A model generated the notes under the pieces. It had not been told where the DNA came from. It saw nothing but the letters and a program-made list of their open reading frames with translations, and ran no database searches. A DNA stretch of 64,000 nucleotides from the human T2T-CHM13v2.0 reference genome, Homo sapiens. A program made the position numbers and the translations under genes. Of the stretch, positions 1 to 13,910 are shown in pieces (the stretch's first letter is position 1; every line of letters begins with the position of its first letter). The stretch is taken from NCBI RefSeq assembly GCF_009914755.1, contig NC_060931.1. The stretch is one strand, 5' to 3'.

Positions 1-843
1 CCTTTTTTGAATAGTCTTTAGCTGTCATTTTTTATAGTTTATGGAGGGAGAAGGGCTAAATGTATACCTTTCCTTTCTGATTTTAACTGGAAGTTCTCAT
101 TCCACTCTTTACAGAAATGTGTGATGTATCTAGTTAGATATAGAAGGAGAGAAAGAAGCAATCTCTAATTACAAAAAATCCCAAGAGAGAGGACATGCCC
201 TGTGGCCCAATGAAAGTATTTAACTTTACATATACCTATTTGTTCTACACCTCCCTGGAGTGTGATTTGAGCTAAGGGCAGGAATAAAAACTTTGAGTTT
301 TTCTCGAGAGACACATATATTGCTGGACCCTCAAGCACAAATGTGTAGCGGGCATATGGTATCAGTCTTTCCACAAAATATTTGTACTGAAGAATTATGA
401 ACATATAACCTGATTTGTTAACTTCTTTCTTTTTTGACTAGTGGGCTTTTCAAAATAGAAGTTTTAGGTTTACAGAAAAAGTGATTTGTAAGTACAGAGT
501 TTCCATTATTCCTTTTCCTCTCCCAACACAGTTTCCCCTATTATTAACACCTTGCATTAGGTACATTTGCTACAATTGATGAACCAATTGTGATACAGTA
601 TTATTAGCCAAAATCCAGAGATCACATTAGTGTTCATTTTTTGTGTTGTTTTTTTCCGCGGGTTTTGACAAATGTACGATGTCATATATCCACCATTACA
701 GTATCATACAGAGAAGTTCCCCTCTGCTGTACCAATTCATAACTCTCTCCTCCTTGAGCCCCTGACTTATTGAACCACTGAATTTATTACTGTCTCTGTA
801 GTTTTGCCTTTTCTTGAGTGTCATATAGTTGGAATACTATATA

Positions 844-1164
844 CTGTAACCTCCACCTCCTTGGTTCCAGCAATTCTCCTGCCTCAGCCTCCTGAGTAGC
901 TGGGACTACAGGCATGCACCACCACACCCAGCTAATTTTTGTATTTGTAGTGGACTACAGGCATGCACCACCACACCCAGCTAATTTTTGTATTTGTAGT
1001 GGACTACAGGCATGCACCACCACACCCAGCTAATTTTTGTATTTGTAGTAGAGACGGGGTTTCACCATGTTGGCCAGGATGGTCTCTATCTCTTGACCTC
1101 GTGATCTGCCCGCCTTTGCCTCCCAAAGTGCTGGGATTACAGACATGAGCCACTGCGCCCGGCC
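844..1164 (-). mobile_element. AluS (Sc-like), 3'-truncated, with an internal triplication
   Basis: Antisense Alu from 'aacctccacctcc' to 'gcgcccggcc'; no poly-A tail. Confidence 0.92.
903..1049. repeat. Perfect tandem repeat, 3 x 49 bp
   Basis: Unit ggactacaggcatgcaccaccacacccagctaatttttgtatttgtagt starts at 903, 952 and 1001. Confidence 0.97.
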
Positions 1165-1905
1165 TCTCCTTGTCTTTTTATGGTTTGATAGATCACTTCT
1201 TTTTATTGTTGAATAACATTTCATTATATGGATGCTTCACGGTTTGTTTATCCATTCAGCTGTTGAAGGACATTTTGCTTGTGCCCAAGTTTTTGGCAGT
1301 TATATGTAAAGCTGCTATAAATGTCTCACATTCTTGTGTAGGTGTTTGTGTTTATGTCAGTTCATTTGGATAAATACCTAGAGAGCAATTTTCAGGTTGT
1401 GTAGTAAGGCCATGTGTATCTTTGTAAGAAACTATCAAATTGTCTTCCAAAGTGGCTGTATGTACATTAACTTTGTATATTTAAAAAAATCTAGGTTGTT
1501 TCATACAGCAGTGTATATTGCAATCAGTTGTAACTTGTATTTCACTTATCACTGTTTAAACACATACAGTTTCACTGTAAAGGTTTTATGAGTTCAGTAT
1601 TTACTGCTACATTACTACTTAATGTTGCATTGGCCCTAACATTTATAGAAGACAGATTCTAATTAAAAGAAAGTACTGTATACATTTAAAGTAATCACAT
1701 CAGCACAGTTTACTTTCCATATAGTGAAGGAATTCTCAACACCTTAGTAGAAATAAAAATACATAAATGAAGAGCTATGGACTGTGTTCAAGTGATGATG
1801 TTTTATTTGCTTTATATTTCATTTACTCATTCAGTAAACATCAAATAAACACCTATGGTCCTTGATCTTAATGAGTTCTTATATTTCAGTCTCTATGCCT
1901 TAGAC

Positions 1906-2614
1906 CAGTGGTCCTCCATACTCTAGGTTATATTAACATTATTTATAGTAGATATTTTATAATATCATCTTTATATCTTGAAATGAAATACAGAGATAAA
2001 AGACTTTCCTATACTTTGTTGAAGAAAAGGTATTTAATACTGTAACGTAATTTGTGGTAAATAGTTATAGGTTTTAAATTCACAGACACTTATATAGTAA
2101 AGGTTTGCATGTATTATTGAATCATCCATGTGAGGAATGACTACAAATGCAAACTAATATTAATGCTTTGTATTCGAGTTTCAAATTCCAAGAGCAGCAT
2201 TAATGTTGATTATGTCATTTTCTGAAGTAGTGAACAACTCTTGGTTTAGTTCTGACAAACTAAAATACATTCTTGGTTTATGTTAGTTGTATTCCTAGAT
2301 AATTCAATGTATATTAAACTGTAATAATATATAATTATACATGTTATATAATATTTTATCTGTGTGTGATATAATTACATAATATAATACATTATATTTA
2401 TATTTGAATGGAAAGTGAAGATAGGGTCTAGAGTTAAATAACTATAAACCTATTCATACCTAAAAGAATGTCCGGTGGGAAATTTTAGGACATCTTACAT
2501 TCCATGTCCTTACCTAGTAAGTATGAGCAATTCCCATCAATTATTATGACAACTATAAATGTCCCATCAAATTTTTGACTCTCTCAATGGCACTACCATT
2601 GTTGAGAACCATTG
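1906..2614. mobile_element. hAT-Charlie-type DNA transposon fossil
   Basis: Ends 'cagtggtcctcca' ... 'ttgagaaccattg' resemble Charlie terminal inverted repeats; degenerate interior. Confidence 0.5.
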
Positions 2615-3059
2615 TGTTTGATTATTTAAAAATGACTCTACTTGTAATTCAGTTTGTCGGTATGGTACATCTTTTATTTCACCACAAAATAAGTTAATGG
2701 CTTCAGAAATCAGAGTTAGTGACGGATTGCAAATAAAGTCACAACATTTAGTTAGCTAAGGACATCAAAAGTAAGGCAAGTTTGCTTCAATACATAAAAC
2801 TTAGAAAATTGAGAGATGCAATGTGGGATAGAAAAGGTAAATTACTTGTACAACATCATAAAACCTGCCAGTGGCAGTGCACTTTTTACTAAGCCTTGCT
2901 GTAACCCTGTGCTTTCTTTGGAAATTTGTTCTAAATCTCCTGTGCATAAAGACTGATTTTTCTTCTTATCAATAACAGAGCAAAGAGGATGGAAAAAAAA
3001 TTGGGAGCCCATTAACATTGTATTTTCCCATTAATGTGCTTTAAAATTAATTTACAACT

Positions 3060-3380
3060 GCTTTTATTTTACTTTCTTTTTTCTCTCTTCATTACATCAA
3101 GTATCTTTTCTTTGGCACTTGTTATTCCTTTGTGATCACTGCATGTCTTTTCTTTTTACTGGCTTCTTAAATCCTGCTGCATTGCTTTTTGCCTTTTCTT
3201 CTTTTATCTTTTCTCTTCTGTTTAATTTTTAAATCCTTTACCCTTTATCTTTCTCTCTGTCTTTTTAGCTGCTCTCCCTTCCTTTGATTTCCTCTTAAAC
3301 ATTACTTCTTCTTAACATTGTGTTATTTCATTGATTTTTTTTTGTTTTATCTTTTTAAATTTTGTTTTGCTTTTGTATAT
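3060..3380 (+). promoter_or_regulatory. ~320-bp polypyrimidine tract (candidate splicing-regulatory region)
   Basis: Non-periodic T/C-rich stretch with very few AG dinucleotides; contains TGCATG and YGCY motifs. Confidence 0.5.
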
Positions 3381-3383
3381 AAG

Positions 3384-3489
3384 ACCTACCATGCTTACCC
3401 AAACTGAATTAAAGAGAGAAGATAGCGCTGAATCCTCATACTACATGAAAACAACAACATTTATTCAAACTTATTGCATGGATACTTAA
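3384..3489 (+). other. Candidate alternative terminal exon (xPTMLTQTELKREDSAESSYYMKTTTFIQTYCMDT*)
   Basis: AAG acceptor after the long pyrimidine tract, 34 open codons to TAA, downstream AATAAA/ATTAAA hexamers. No transcript evidence. Confidence 0.3.
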
Positions 3490-4740
3490 AGCTTTATATG
3501 ACACGTTTTCTCCTCTTTTTTTCTTTCTTTTTGCCACTAGCTTTTTGTTTTTAATTAAAGCCTGAATAATTGATTTGCAGATACATAGCAAATTTAGTTG
3601 TCTTTCATTTTGCTAATATGTTAATTCTAACTGTATACAAAATATAACTTTGAGAAATAAATATTTGTTTATAGCTAGACAACAACTAATTTTGCCTCTT
3701 ATTAAATCTTTAGGATTAGCTGGAATACATTTATAATACTATTAAGAACACAGATATAGGACATAATAAATAAGAGATTATAATGAAATTGTTATTCTTT
3801 TGCAAAATTGCTTTATGTGTCAGAATAGTTCATATATTTGCCTTAATGTATATCATTTTTAATATTAATTTTATAACCCATTTTCTTTGGAATTTAAGAG
3901 AGATTGAGGCAAATGCATTTAAACCAAACTCAGTTAAACTGGGCTGATTGTTGGTTTTTGAGTCTGTCCTTGGGCATTCTAAGAAATAACTGTGAGGTGG
4001 ATGTCTTGACAGTCACTTTTTACAGAGGGAGAGGAGCCGATGAATATTATAAGGAAAAGCAGAAGTGCATGAAATATTGGGTGCTTCATTTCTGTTTCAA
4101 GCAAGATAATTCTTGAGGGACATTGAAGAAAGAGACCAAGAACTAGTGACTTGCCACACAGAAAGTTAGAAATTCAGGTTTGACATTAGTGATTATCTTG
4201 CCTCATGTTTATCTTATATATGTATATATTCTGTTCATTATTGTTCCTATCCATACTCAAGATTAGTTTTACTTACAGCTCATTGATAGACAAATATAGC
4301 ATTCTCAGCATCTTCTCATTGCTGCTTATGACAGCTTTATATATGTGTATGATGTTTATATATAATTACATAAGTAATGTATTAGATGTTGTTATTATAT
4401 AACTCATTACTGATATTTTAAATAATAGTTCATTCATCCACTAATTTTATTGAACAGTTACTGAAGCTTTATTCTTAAAGCTAACTGTAACAGTTGTTTT
4501 TCCCTCTTATTTAAAATCATTAAATTCATATATTTTTTTCTGATAATGTTGCTGGAATTGTTTATTTCCCTTCTTATGGTTATGATTCTTCCTAGGGTTA
4601 TATTGGTTTACATTTATTCCGTCCAGGAAGAAAGGGCTTACTAAGTTGATTGGTAATGTTGACTGGATTTTAGTGTGCATATCAAATATATTCAAAATAA
4701 ACTATTTTGTGACAACTAATGCACCTTAGAAATAAAAACT

Positions 4741-4852
4741 CTATAGTCTCTGCTACTTGGGAGGCTAAGGAGGGAGAATCGCTTGAGCCCAGGATTTTGA
4801 GTCCAGCCTGGACAACACAGTGAGACCTCATCTCCTAAAAAAGAAATAAAAA
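4741..4852 (+). mobile_element. Alu monomer fragment (FLAM-like)
   Basis: 'gctacttgggaggctaagg...gcttgagcccagga...gagacctcatctc' followed by an A tail. Confidence 0.8.
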
Positions 4853-4892
4853 CTTGGTATTTTAATTGTATATTTTGTATTTTAAAAAATTA

Positions 4893-5193
<301 letters not shown>

Positions 5194-5314
5194 TAAAAAT
5201 TTTAAAAGGACCTTTTATTAAATAATATCTTCTTAGCCTTGTTTTTCTATGTTAATTAAATACAATTTCTTTGCTAATTTACTAACTTTAGACACTTAAT
5301 TCCCAAACCTGGTG

Positions 5315-5362
5315 ATTATTAAACTATATTGGAGAAAAATTATTAAACTATATTGGAGAAAA
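5315..5362. repeat. Tandem duplication, 2 x 24 bp
   Basis: attattaaactatattggagaaaa occurs twice, exactly. Confidence 0.9.
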
Positions 5363-5509
5363 ATTTAAAACTTCCTTTTGTCAGATGGGTTCACATCTTA
5401 TAAATTTAGTTTGGTATTCTGTGTATGTGTGTGTTTGTGTAAAATGCACTCTTAGTGTTCTTAATAGACTGTAATTTACACTTTTTATCAAGTTGTGTCA
5501 GTCATTTAA

Positions 5510-5668
5510 GAGTATGGTTTAGCATCACTATCATCTGGGAACTACTGTCAGAAATGCAAATTTTGGGGAGTCACCCCAACACATTGAATCAGACACTGTG
5601 GGTATGCGATCTGCAATCTGAGCTTTAACAAGCTCTACTTGTGATTCTGATGCTGCCTCATGTTCAAG
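5510..5668. mobile_element. MER5A-like hAT element
   Basis: 'catctgggaact...agaaatgcaaatt...gaatcagacact...tttaacaagc...gtgattctgatgc'. Confidence 0.75.
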
Positions 5669-5717
5669 TTCCCCTTATTTACATTTAAAGACCTTCCCAT
5701 TTGATTGTACAATCTTA

Positions 5718-6117
<400 letters not shown>

Positions 6118-6134
6118 TCAAATCTCTAAGTTCA

Positions 6135-6496
6135 TGTATTAGTCAGCCTAGGCTGCTATAACAAAATACCGTAGACTGAGTAGTGTAAACAACAAAAATT
6201 TATTTTCTCACAGTTCTGCGGGCTGGAAGGCTAAGCTCAGGGTGCCAGAATGGTCAGGTTCTGGTGAAGTCTCTCTTTCTGAGGGAGAGAGAGAAATAAA
6301 GAGCACAAAGTGCAACTCTGAGTTTGAGGGCTCTGTGTCTCTTTATGAGGGCATTCATCCCATCATATGGGCTTCACCCTCATGACCTCATCTAAACCTA
6401 ATCACCTCCCACAGTCTCCACCTTCAAATACCATCATATTGGGAGTTAAGGTTTCAACTTGCGACTTTTGAGGGGGACATAATTCAGTTCACAGAA
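6135..6496 (-). mobile_element. MLT1A-like MaLR solo LTR
   Basis: 'tgtattagtc...ggctgctataacaaaatacc...ctcacagttctg...ccctcatgacctcatctaa'. Confidence 0.8.
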
Positions 6497-6752
6497 GTCC
6501 AGTTTTCATTGATTGATTTTTTTCTATATAAAACAAGATGTGATGCTAAAATAAAAAGACTTTTGTGAAGTAGTCCTAACCTTTTTTCTAATGGTGTACC
6601 TTTTAAATATTAGTTTCTTTGTTTGAAAATGCAATAAAAATGTAAGCCATGTGTGTCATGAATGTTTGGGAAATTCAAATGTGATGGATATGTGAAAGAA
6701 TGGTATAGTTACAGCATTTTATAGCTGTAATAAAGGCCATTTTAATTTTTGA

Positions 6753-7047
<295 letters not shown>

Positions 7048-7240
7048 AGTATTATGTTGTTATTCATGTCAGCTGCCTGTGTTTCAGTCAGTAACTATAA
7101 GTACATCTAAGCAGTGAGCCATGTGGCATTCAAACACTCTACTGATTGGAAACAATAGGTCATTGGAGGTCATAAAGGAGTATTGGAAGTGGTCATAGAA
7201 ATCATTGAGACCATTTTCTACCTGATGCAGAAGTCCTCTC

Positions 7241-7587
7241 TAGTGGTCCCCAACATTTTTGGCACCAGATTCCATTTTCCTGGAAAACAGTTTTTCCAAG
7301 AATGCTATAGGGGGGTAGGGGATAGGGCTGATGGTTTCATGATGAAACTTGGTTCCATCTGAGATCATCAGGCATTAATTAGATTCTCATAAGAAACATG
7401 CAACCTAGATTCCTCTCATAAGCAGTTCACAATAGGGCTCGCACTTCCGTGGGAATCGAATGCTGCTGCTGATCTGACGGGAGGTGAACCTCAGTGGTAA
7501 ATGGTCACTTGGCGGGGCTCACCTCTTGCTATGTGGCCCAGTTCCTAACAGGTCACGAACCAGTACCGGTCTGTGGCCTGGGGCTGC
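7241..7587. mobile_element. MER1B-like hAT-Charlie element
   Basis: 'gtccccaacattttttggcaccag...agatcatcaggcatta...gattctcataag...gctgctgatctgac...cagttcctaacagg'. Confidence 0.8.
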
Positions 7588-7629
7588 TCTAGAATATCTT
7601 AATGTTTGCTTGATTGCCATCAGTCCCTG

Positions 7630-8183
7630 AATTAGTAAGGATTCTTCAGAGAAACACAACCAACAGAGAAGAGTGGGGAGAAGGAGAGAGGGAGAAGACT
7701 GATTTTATGAAATTGGGATCTGGCAAATTTGAAACTGGAGCCAGCCAGCTGGAGATACATGGAAGAGTTGACATTGCAGCTCATCCAAAGACAGTCTGGA
7801 GGCAGAATTTCCTCTTTTTCGGGTCCTCTTTTTACTTTTAAGGCCTTCAACTAATCAGATTAGTCTCACTGCATTATGGAGGGTAATATACTTTATTGAA
7901 AAATACTTTGTTTTTTAGATAAGGTCTTACACTATTGCCCAGCCTGGAGTGAGTGCAGTGGGGTGATCCTAGCTCACTCAGCCTCAAATTCCTGGGCTAA
8001 GGAGATTCTTCTGCCTTGGCCTTCCAAAGTGCTGAGATTACAGGTGTCACCCGCTGTGCCTGGCCCTCAAATATTAATTTCACCTGAAAATTTTCTTCAC
8101 ATGTAGTGACAACTAGATATGTTTTGGTTGAATGTCTGAGTAAAATGGCTTAGAGAATTTGACACATAAAATTAACTATCACA
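7630..8183 (-). mobile_element. MLT2-type ERVL LTR interrupted by an Alu monomer (~7908-8066)
   Basis: 'ttcttcagagaaacacaaccaa' ... 'ttgacacataaaattaactatcaca'. Confidence 0.7.
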
Positions 8184-9756
8184 GCTTTCCTTAATATTTA
8201 GGGTCAATTCTACTTTTAATGTATTTTGTAACCTTTCTAATTTTAAAATGTTATGAAAATAATATAAAATAAATACATATATAAATGAATAAATTGATAA
8301 ATAAATACATGATGGTCAATACCAGATATATTATCTTTACTTCTTATTTTTAAAAATTCAACTACCTGTCAACAATGTGGAAGCATTAGAAAGGGAGCAG
8401 AGCTAAGAGAAGTGCATGTAGAGCACACTGGTTCATAGACACAGTAGCAGCAAGTCACAGAGCTCTGTATTTGGCCCTACTCATATGGTTATCACATCTG
8501 CAAAATGCACAAATTAAAGAAGAGTAGCTATTATGTTGAATGTTTACATTGAGACCCCACAAGGATTTTGGCAGAATGGTCTGACAAAATAGCAACGTGA
8601 AAATTAATGGGATGACTATAAAATCTTGTTCTTAAGTTTAATAAAAGTTTTACATGTGTAGATGAAAAAGACACTTAGAAACATACCACCGAGTAAATAC
8701 TGAAAATACCACAGGAGATTGCAGGAATTGGTGAAACAGACTGATATACAACACAGCTGTTGCCTAATATGGGGTAAAAGGTAAATTTGATATGCTATCA
8801 TCTTCTCTTGGTAAAACTTTTTATATCAAATAAAGATTTTTATAAGTAAAACACTATAGAAGGTATTTTACTTTCATCATATCCTGCCTTGTATTATAAT
8901 TATTTAATAGCTTAAAAATTGTAATCTACTTTTCCTTCACATTAGATTATGAATTTTATCCTCCATTCAGTCCTGTACACACAAAATCAGCCCTCAATTA
9001 ATTCTAGTTCAGTTTACTTAAAAGTAGCCATCACCAAATAACTTTGGAACAATACCTTCAAGTTATTTTCTTTAATGACAAGCTAATTGATAAGAAAGCA
9101 ACAATTCAATCAATCAAATAAGGCCTTACAGGAGAGGTTGCTGGCAGGATATAACCAGAAGAATCCAGATCAAGCTGTAAGTAATTCTTTCCAATCTTTT
9201 TTTTGAGTCATGATCCTGACATAGATATAATATGTGACTTCTTAAGCAATTTATCCAAAGTTATTCTGAACCCTGCATCATATTCACTTTACTGGATATA
9301 ATTGGAAAGCACATTGTACTGAGATGTCTGAGGAGACTAGGGAGACAGGAAACACTGAAAGAAGAAGGCATTATTTACTAATCCTTGAACTATTCTCTGG
9401 CAAAAGTGACATTTATTGATCTTGCAGTGCCTATGATTTCTATAAAACCTAGTTGTGGGACAGTTTAGCTAATACCGATATTGATAGGCATACATTTCTG
9501 TTGGGTAGTACAAAAGTCAGAATTTCAAGTTGATGCCATTTGACCAAGAACTGGGAAGCAATGGTATATTTTAGCCTTCCCATTCCTCTAACTTCACTTA
9601 AATTTTGTAAGATTATGCCTCTTAGGATTTCCTTCAATTTGTTCATGTAAATTACTTTTTTCCCCTATGCTACTATTACGACGTCTATCACTCAAAATCT
9701 TTTTTCTAAACATTGACCATTTCAAAGAAGCATCTTTCATAATTAAAAAATAACCT

Positions 9757-10353
<597 letters not shown>

Positions 10354-10883
10354 TGTTAAATTTTTTTGTAAAATAATCAAATTTAAGGAATTTGATTTAC
10401 AAAATCACAGAAACTTTGAATTGATCATTTTACTGATATATTTTTGTTTTCTTATTTAATTTTATCGTACCTTCTCTATTAAAGGATTATAGTTGTTTTT
10501 ACTGAATACATACAATCAAAAGATTAACTTTGATTTAAAGCATGTCTAGAACCAAATCATACGCTTGATAATATAGTGCTAGAGTCACCCTAAATGTTGA
10601 AATCATGTTAAATTCCAGTTTAATAAAACATGAACTGTCTACTGTATCCAGCACTAAAATTTTTCTGTATTTAAGCAATGACTGAAAATTCTATAGGAAG
10701 CAGGAGTATGAAATGGCGCAGTTGCCTTGTGATAAATCTGAAACTCTACTTGATACTACCCTTAAGCAGTCAAATATTTGAGTACAAATGCCTTGTCAGT
10801 TTTATGTCAGGGAACTTGGTCACAATCAAACTGTAAGAAACAAGATATCTTCCCTGGAAACTATACTCTGTCTGCCTTTTCTC

Positions 10884-11117
10884 TGTTTATAGATGAAAAA
10901 CTCAAAACAAAAATAATTAAGAAAACTTCCATGACCACACAATTGGCAATGAATCCTCAGAAACCATCCAGAGGGAAGAGGATCTGGATGAGTACTGATG
11001 CAGACAATTTAGCAAGAAGTGTTTGGAAGGTTTGGAGGCATCATGTCTTTATTTTTATTTGGAAATTAAGCGATGATATTTGGTTGAGGCTGCAAATGAA
11101 TAGGGGATATGAAAATA
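10884..11117 (+). repeat. Inverted repeat, left arm (234 bp)
   Basis: Reverse complement of 11841-12074 with 4 substitutions and no gaps. Confidence 0.97.
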
Positions 11118-11539
11118 TCCTTCTCTCTTGCCTTCTCCTCATTTCTCCCTTACATCCTCTCTGTATGTTCCTGTAAGAAATATTTATTTAGTTCCTTCTA
11201 TGTGCAAGTCAGTGTGCTAATATGTGCTGGCTATAGGCTTATAAGGCATGGATTTAAAAAATGCCATGAATGATTTCAGGTCTGTTACAACCATTCAGGT
11301 AGTTTTTCAAGAGTCAGTTTATTAGTCATTCACACCTGAACACTGCATCTGAAATTTTGAAACCCAAATTCCAGACCTGGCATTGGCAGGAATTGGTTTT
11401 GAGATCCTACATATGTCACTTCAAGCTCTTTAGGCCTTAGCATGTTTTTATTTTTAAAATGAGGCACCTTCTTTCCTTGTAACAGAATGAGATTTTAGAT
11501 TGTTAACATCACAGTGGTATTGGAAACCTGGTTAAGTAG

Positions 11540-11745
11540 CTGCAGACAGAAGTGGGTTTAAATCATGCCTTTGTGCTAAGAGGTCAAGTTACTTAATCTC
11601 TAATTTGCATATGTAATATAGGGATATATAGTTATACTCCCCTAATTAGACGTCTTGAGGATTAAATGAGACAGTGCATATAAAATGCTTAGCCAGTGTC
11701 TGGTATATAATAGGAACTCAATAAATTTTATCTGCTTTTATTACT
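11540..11745 (+). mobile_element. MIR (within the inverted-repeat spacer)
   Basis: 'caagttacttaatctct...gaggattaaatgaga...ataaaatgcttagccagtgtctgg...ctcaataaat'. Confidence 0.75.
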
Positions 11746-11840
11746 ATTTAATAGATGTGTAACACCTCTTACCAATCCTTTTACTGCTTTCTCTTGATTA
11801 TCTCCTTCCATTTTCCTGGCTACTAACAAATGTTTTCTAC

Positions 11841-12074
11841 TATTTTCATATCCCCTATTCATTTTCAGCCTCAACCAAATATCATTGCTTAATTTACAAA
11901 TAAAAATAAAGACATGATGCCTCCAAACCTTCCAAACACTTCTTGCTAAATTGTCTGCATCAGTACTCATCCAGATCCTCTTTCCTCTGGATGGTTTCTG
12001 AGGATTCATTGCCAATTGTGTGGTCATGGAAGTTTTCTTAATTATTTTTGTTTTGAGTTTTTCATCTATAAACA
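11841..12074 (-). repeat. Inverted repeat, right arm (234 bp)
   Basis: Reverse complement of 10884-11117. Confidence 0.97.
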
Positions 12075-12217
12075 ATGACAACCAAATCACATAATGCAGG
12101 TGAGACATTTAATAAATGTTAGTTTCTTTCCCTGCATTTCCCAGTCTTTCTACCTATATTCTGTACAATCCAGTGAGAGGTGTTTGCTTAAATTACAGAT
12201 CAGTTTACATCTCCATC

Positions 12218-12549
<332 letters not shown>

Positions 12550-12996
12550 TAAAGGCCAAATGCTCTGTTTGGCTTACAAACTGATATAGCTAGTTCTTTT
12601 CTCCTTTCTACTGTTCTCTCCAACTAACTCGACTGCCTGTTTTTTGCCACGTTGCAGTTGAGTACACTTTCCCTTGATCTGGATTCTTTTCATATTTTCC
12701 TTATTTCTTCTTTATTTTGCTTCATTTCTTAAGACACAGCTTAACACCATAAATAGAAAAACTACATTGAGGGTATGGGTGGAATTAATCACTGCCATGG
12801 TAATATTTAATATACTTCTTACTGAGTCTATGTTTCATTGTAAATAGTTCTTTATATGTACATGTTTTTAAAAAAATCCACTTCCTCCCTTCCCTCAAAT
12901 TTCATTTCCTAGCAGAAGTATCTCTTATTTTAAACAAATTTTTTTTCTGCTTCTTCTTCTGAGGCATCTTCTTTATTTGTTTACCTTTTCCTGTAG

Positions 12997-13300
12997 ATCA
13001 ATATGTCCGATAAAAGTATATACAAGCCACAGGTGTAATTTTAAAATTGTAATAACCACATTAACAAAATAAAAAGCGGTGAAACTCATTTCAATGGTAC
13101 TTTTTATTTAAGCAACATATCCAAAATATTATCAACAGGTAATTGATATAAAATTACTAGTGATTTATTTTACCTTTTTTTGAATGTTTCCTGGAAATCC
13201 AGTGTATAGTTGACATTTGTAGCTCAACTCAGTTTAGGCTAGCCACATTTCCAGTGCTTAAAAGCAACATGTAACTAGTGGCTACTATATTGGACAGACA
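12997..13300. mobile_element. MER33/MER3-like hAT element
   Basis: 'gtaattttaaaatt...ccacatt...tagccacatttccagtgct...tagtggctactatattggacag'. Confidence 0.75.
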
Positions 13301-13879
13301 GCTCAGACAACTGTAGAAAAACTCTGAGAACTGAGTCAGTAAGGAAGGGGTTTAACTCACAGCTCTGCATCTTATTCGCTAAATGATTTTTGGTAAGTTA
13401 TTTATGGTCTCTGAACCTCATCCTCATCTCCCCTTCCCCGTTTTTCACATGCGATGATAATATCTCATACAACTGTTGTAAAACAAAACAAAACAAAAAA
13501 ATAGAAATAGTGTAAGATTCCATTTAAGGCATCACGCACAATATTCTTGCCTATCAAAATTGTTTGCTTTTTGTGACAAAATTGTTTGTCACAGTTTTTT
13601 GAGAGTATTTGCTAGTAGCTAAATAATCTAATGTGAGTTTTGCCCTTTTCTTATTTGATAAAGGTTTTTAAGCATCAGTGAAATGGCCAAAGGGCAGCAA
13701 ACATGGGGGAGTTAAGTCAGAAATAGTAGAGTACCTAAATAATCCTCGAAGTATTATATGTCTTGAATAACTAAGAGTTGGCTGTTGGTTGTGTGTGCCA
13801 AAAAAAAAAAAAAATCATTGAAAAGATCTTTTCTTTGGAGTTTTCGCCCAGATCAGAATTTTATTGCCTTTTGCCGTAG

Positions 13880-13910
13880 ACTGCTGCAAGATTTCCAGAG
13901 CAAAGAGAAG
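13880..13910 (+). other. Candidate 31-nt cassette exon (xLLQDFQSKEK)
   Basis: ttattgccttttgccgtAG|...AAG|GTatag; purine-rich body; unique-looking flanks. Confidence 0.35.

Larger units (their letters stand above)
446..1465 (-). mobile_element. Old L1 (L1MC/L1MD-type) 3' end, interrupted by an Alu
   Basis: Motifs such as 'cacagtttcccctattattaacac...gtacatttgctacaattgatgaaccaat' and 'gtaagaaactatcaaattgtcttccaaagtggctgta' match the antisense L1M 3' UTR. Confidence 0.8.

Noticed and set aside
903-1049. CRISPR-like array
   Set aside because: Head-to-tail repeats with no spacers, inside a primate Alu.
9132-9182. Possible exon ERLLAGYNQKNPDQA ending at GCT|GTAAGT
   Set aside because: No polypyrimidine tract before the AG; not enough support.
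10778-12108. Two ORFs (132 aa on +, 126 aa on -) sharing ~78 nearly identical residues, like a paralogous gene pair
   Set aside because: The shared peptide is simply the inverted repeat read on each strand. The + ORF starts at TTG, there is no domain resemblance, and part is MIR-like.
13572-13593. 9-bp stem hairpin tgtgacaaa-attg-tttgtcaca followed by a T-run
   Set aside because: Terminator-like only in a bacterial context; expected by chance in AT-rich DNA.
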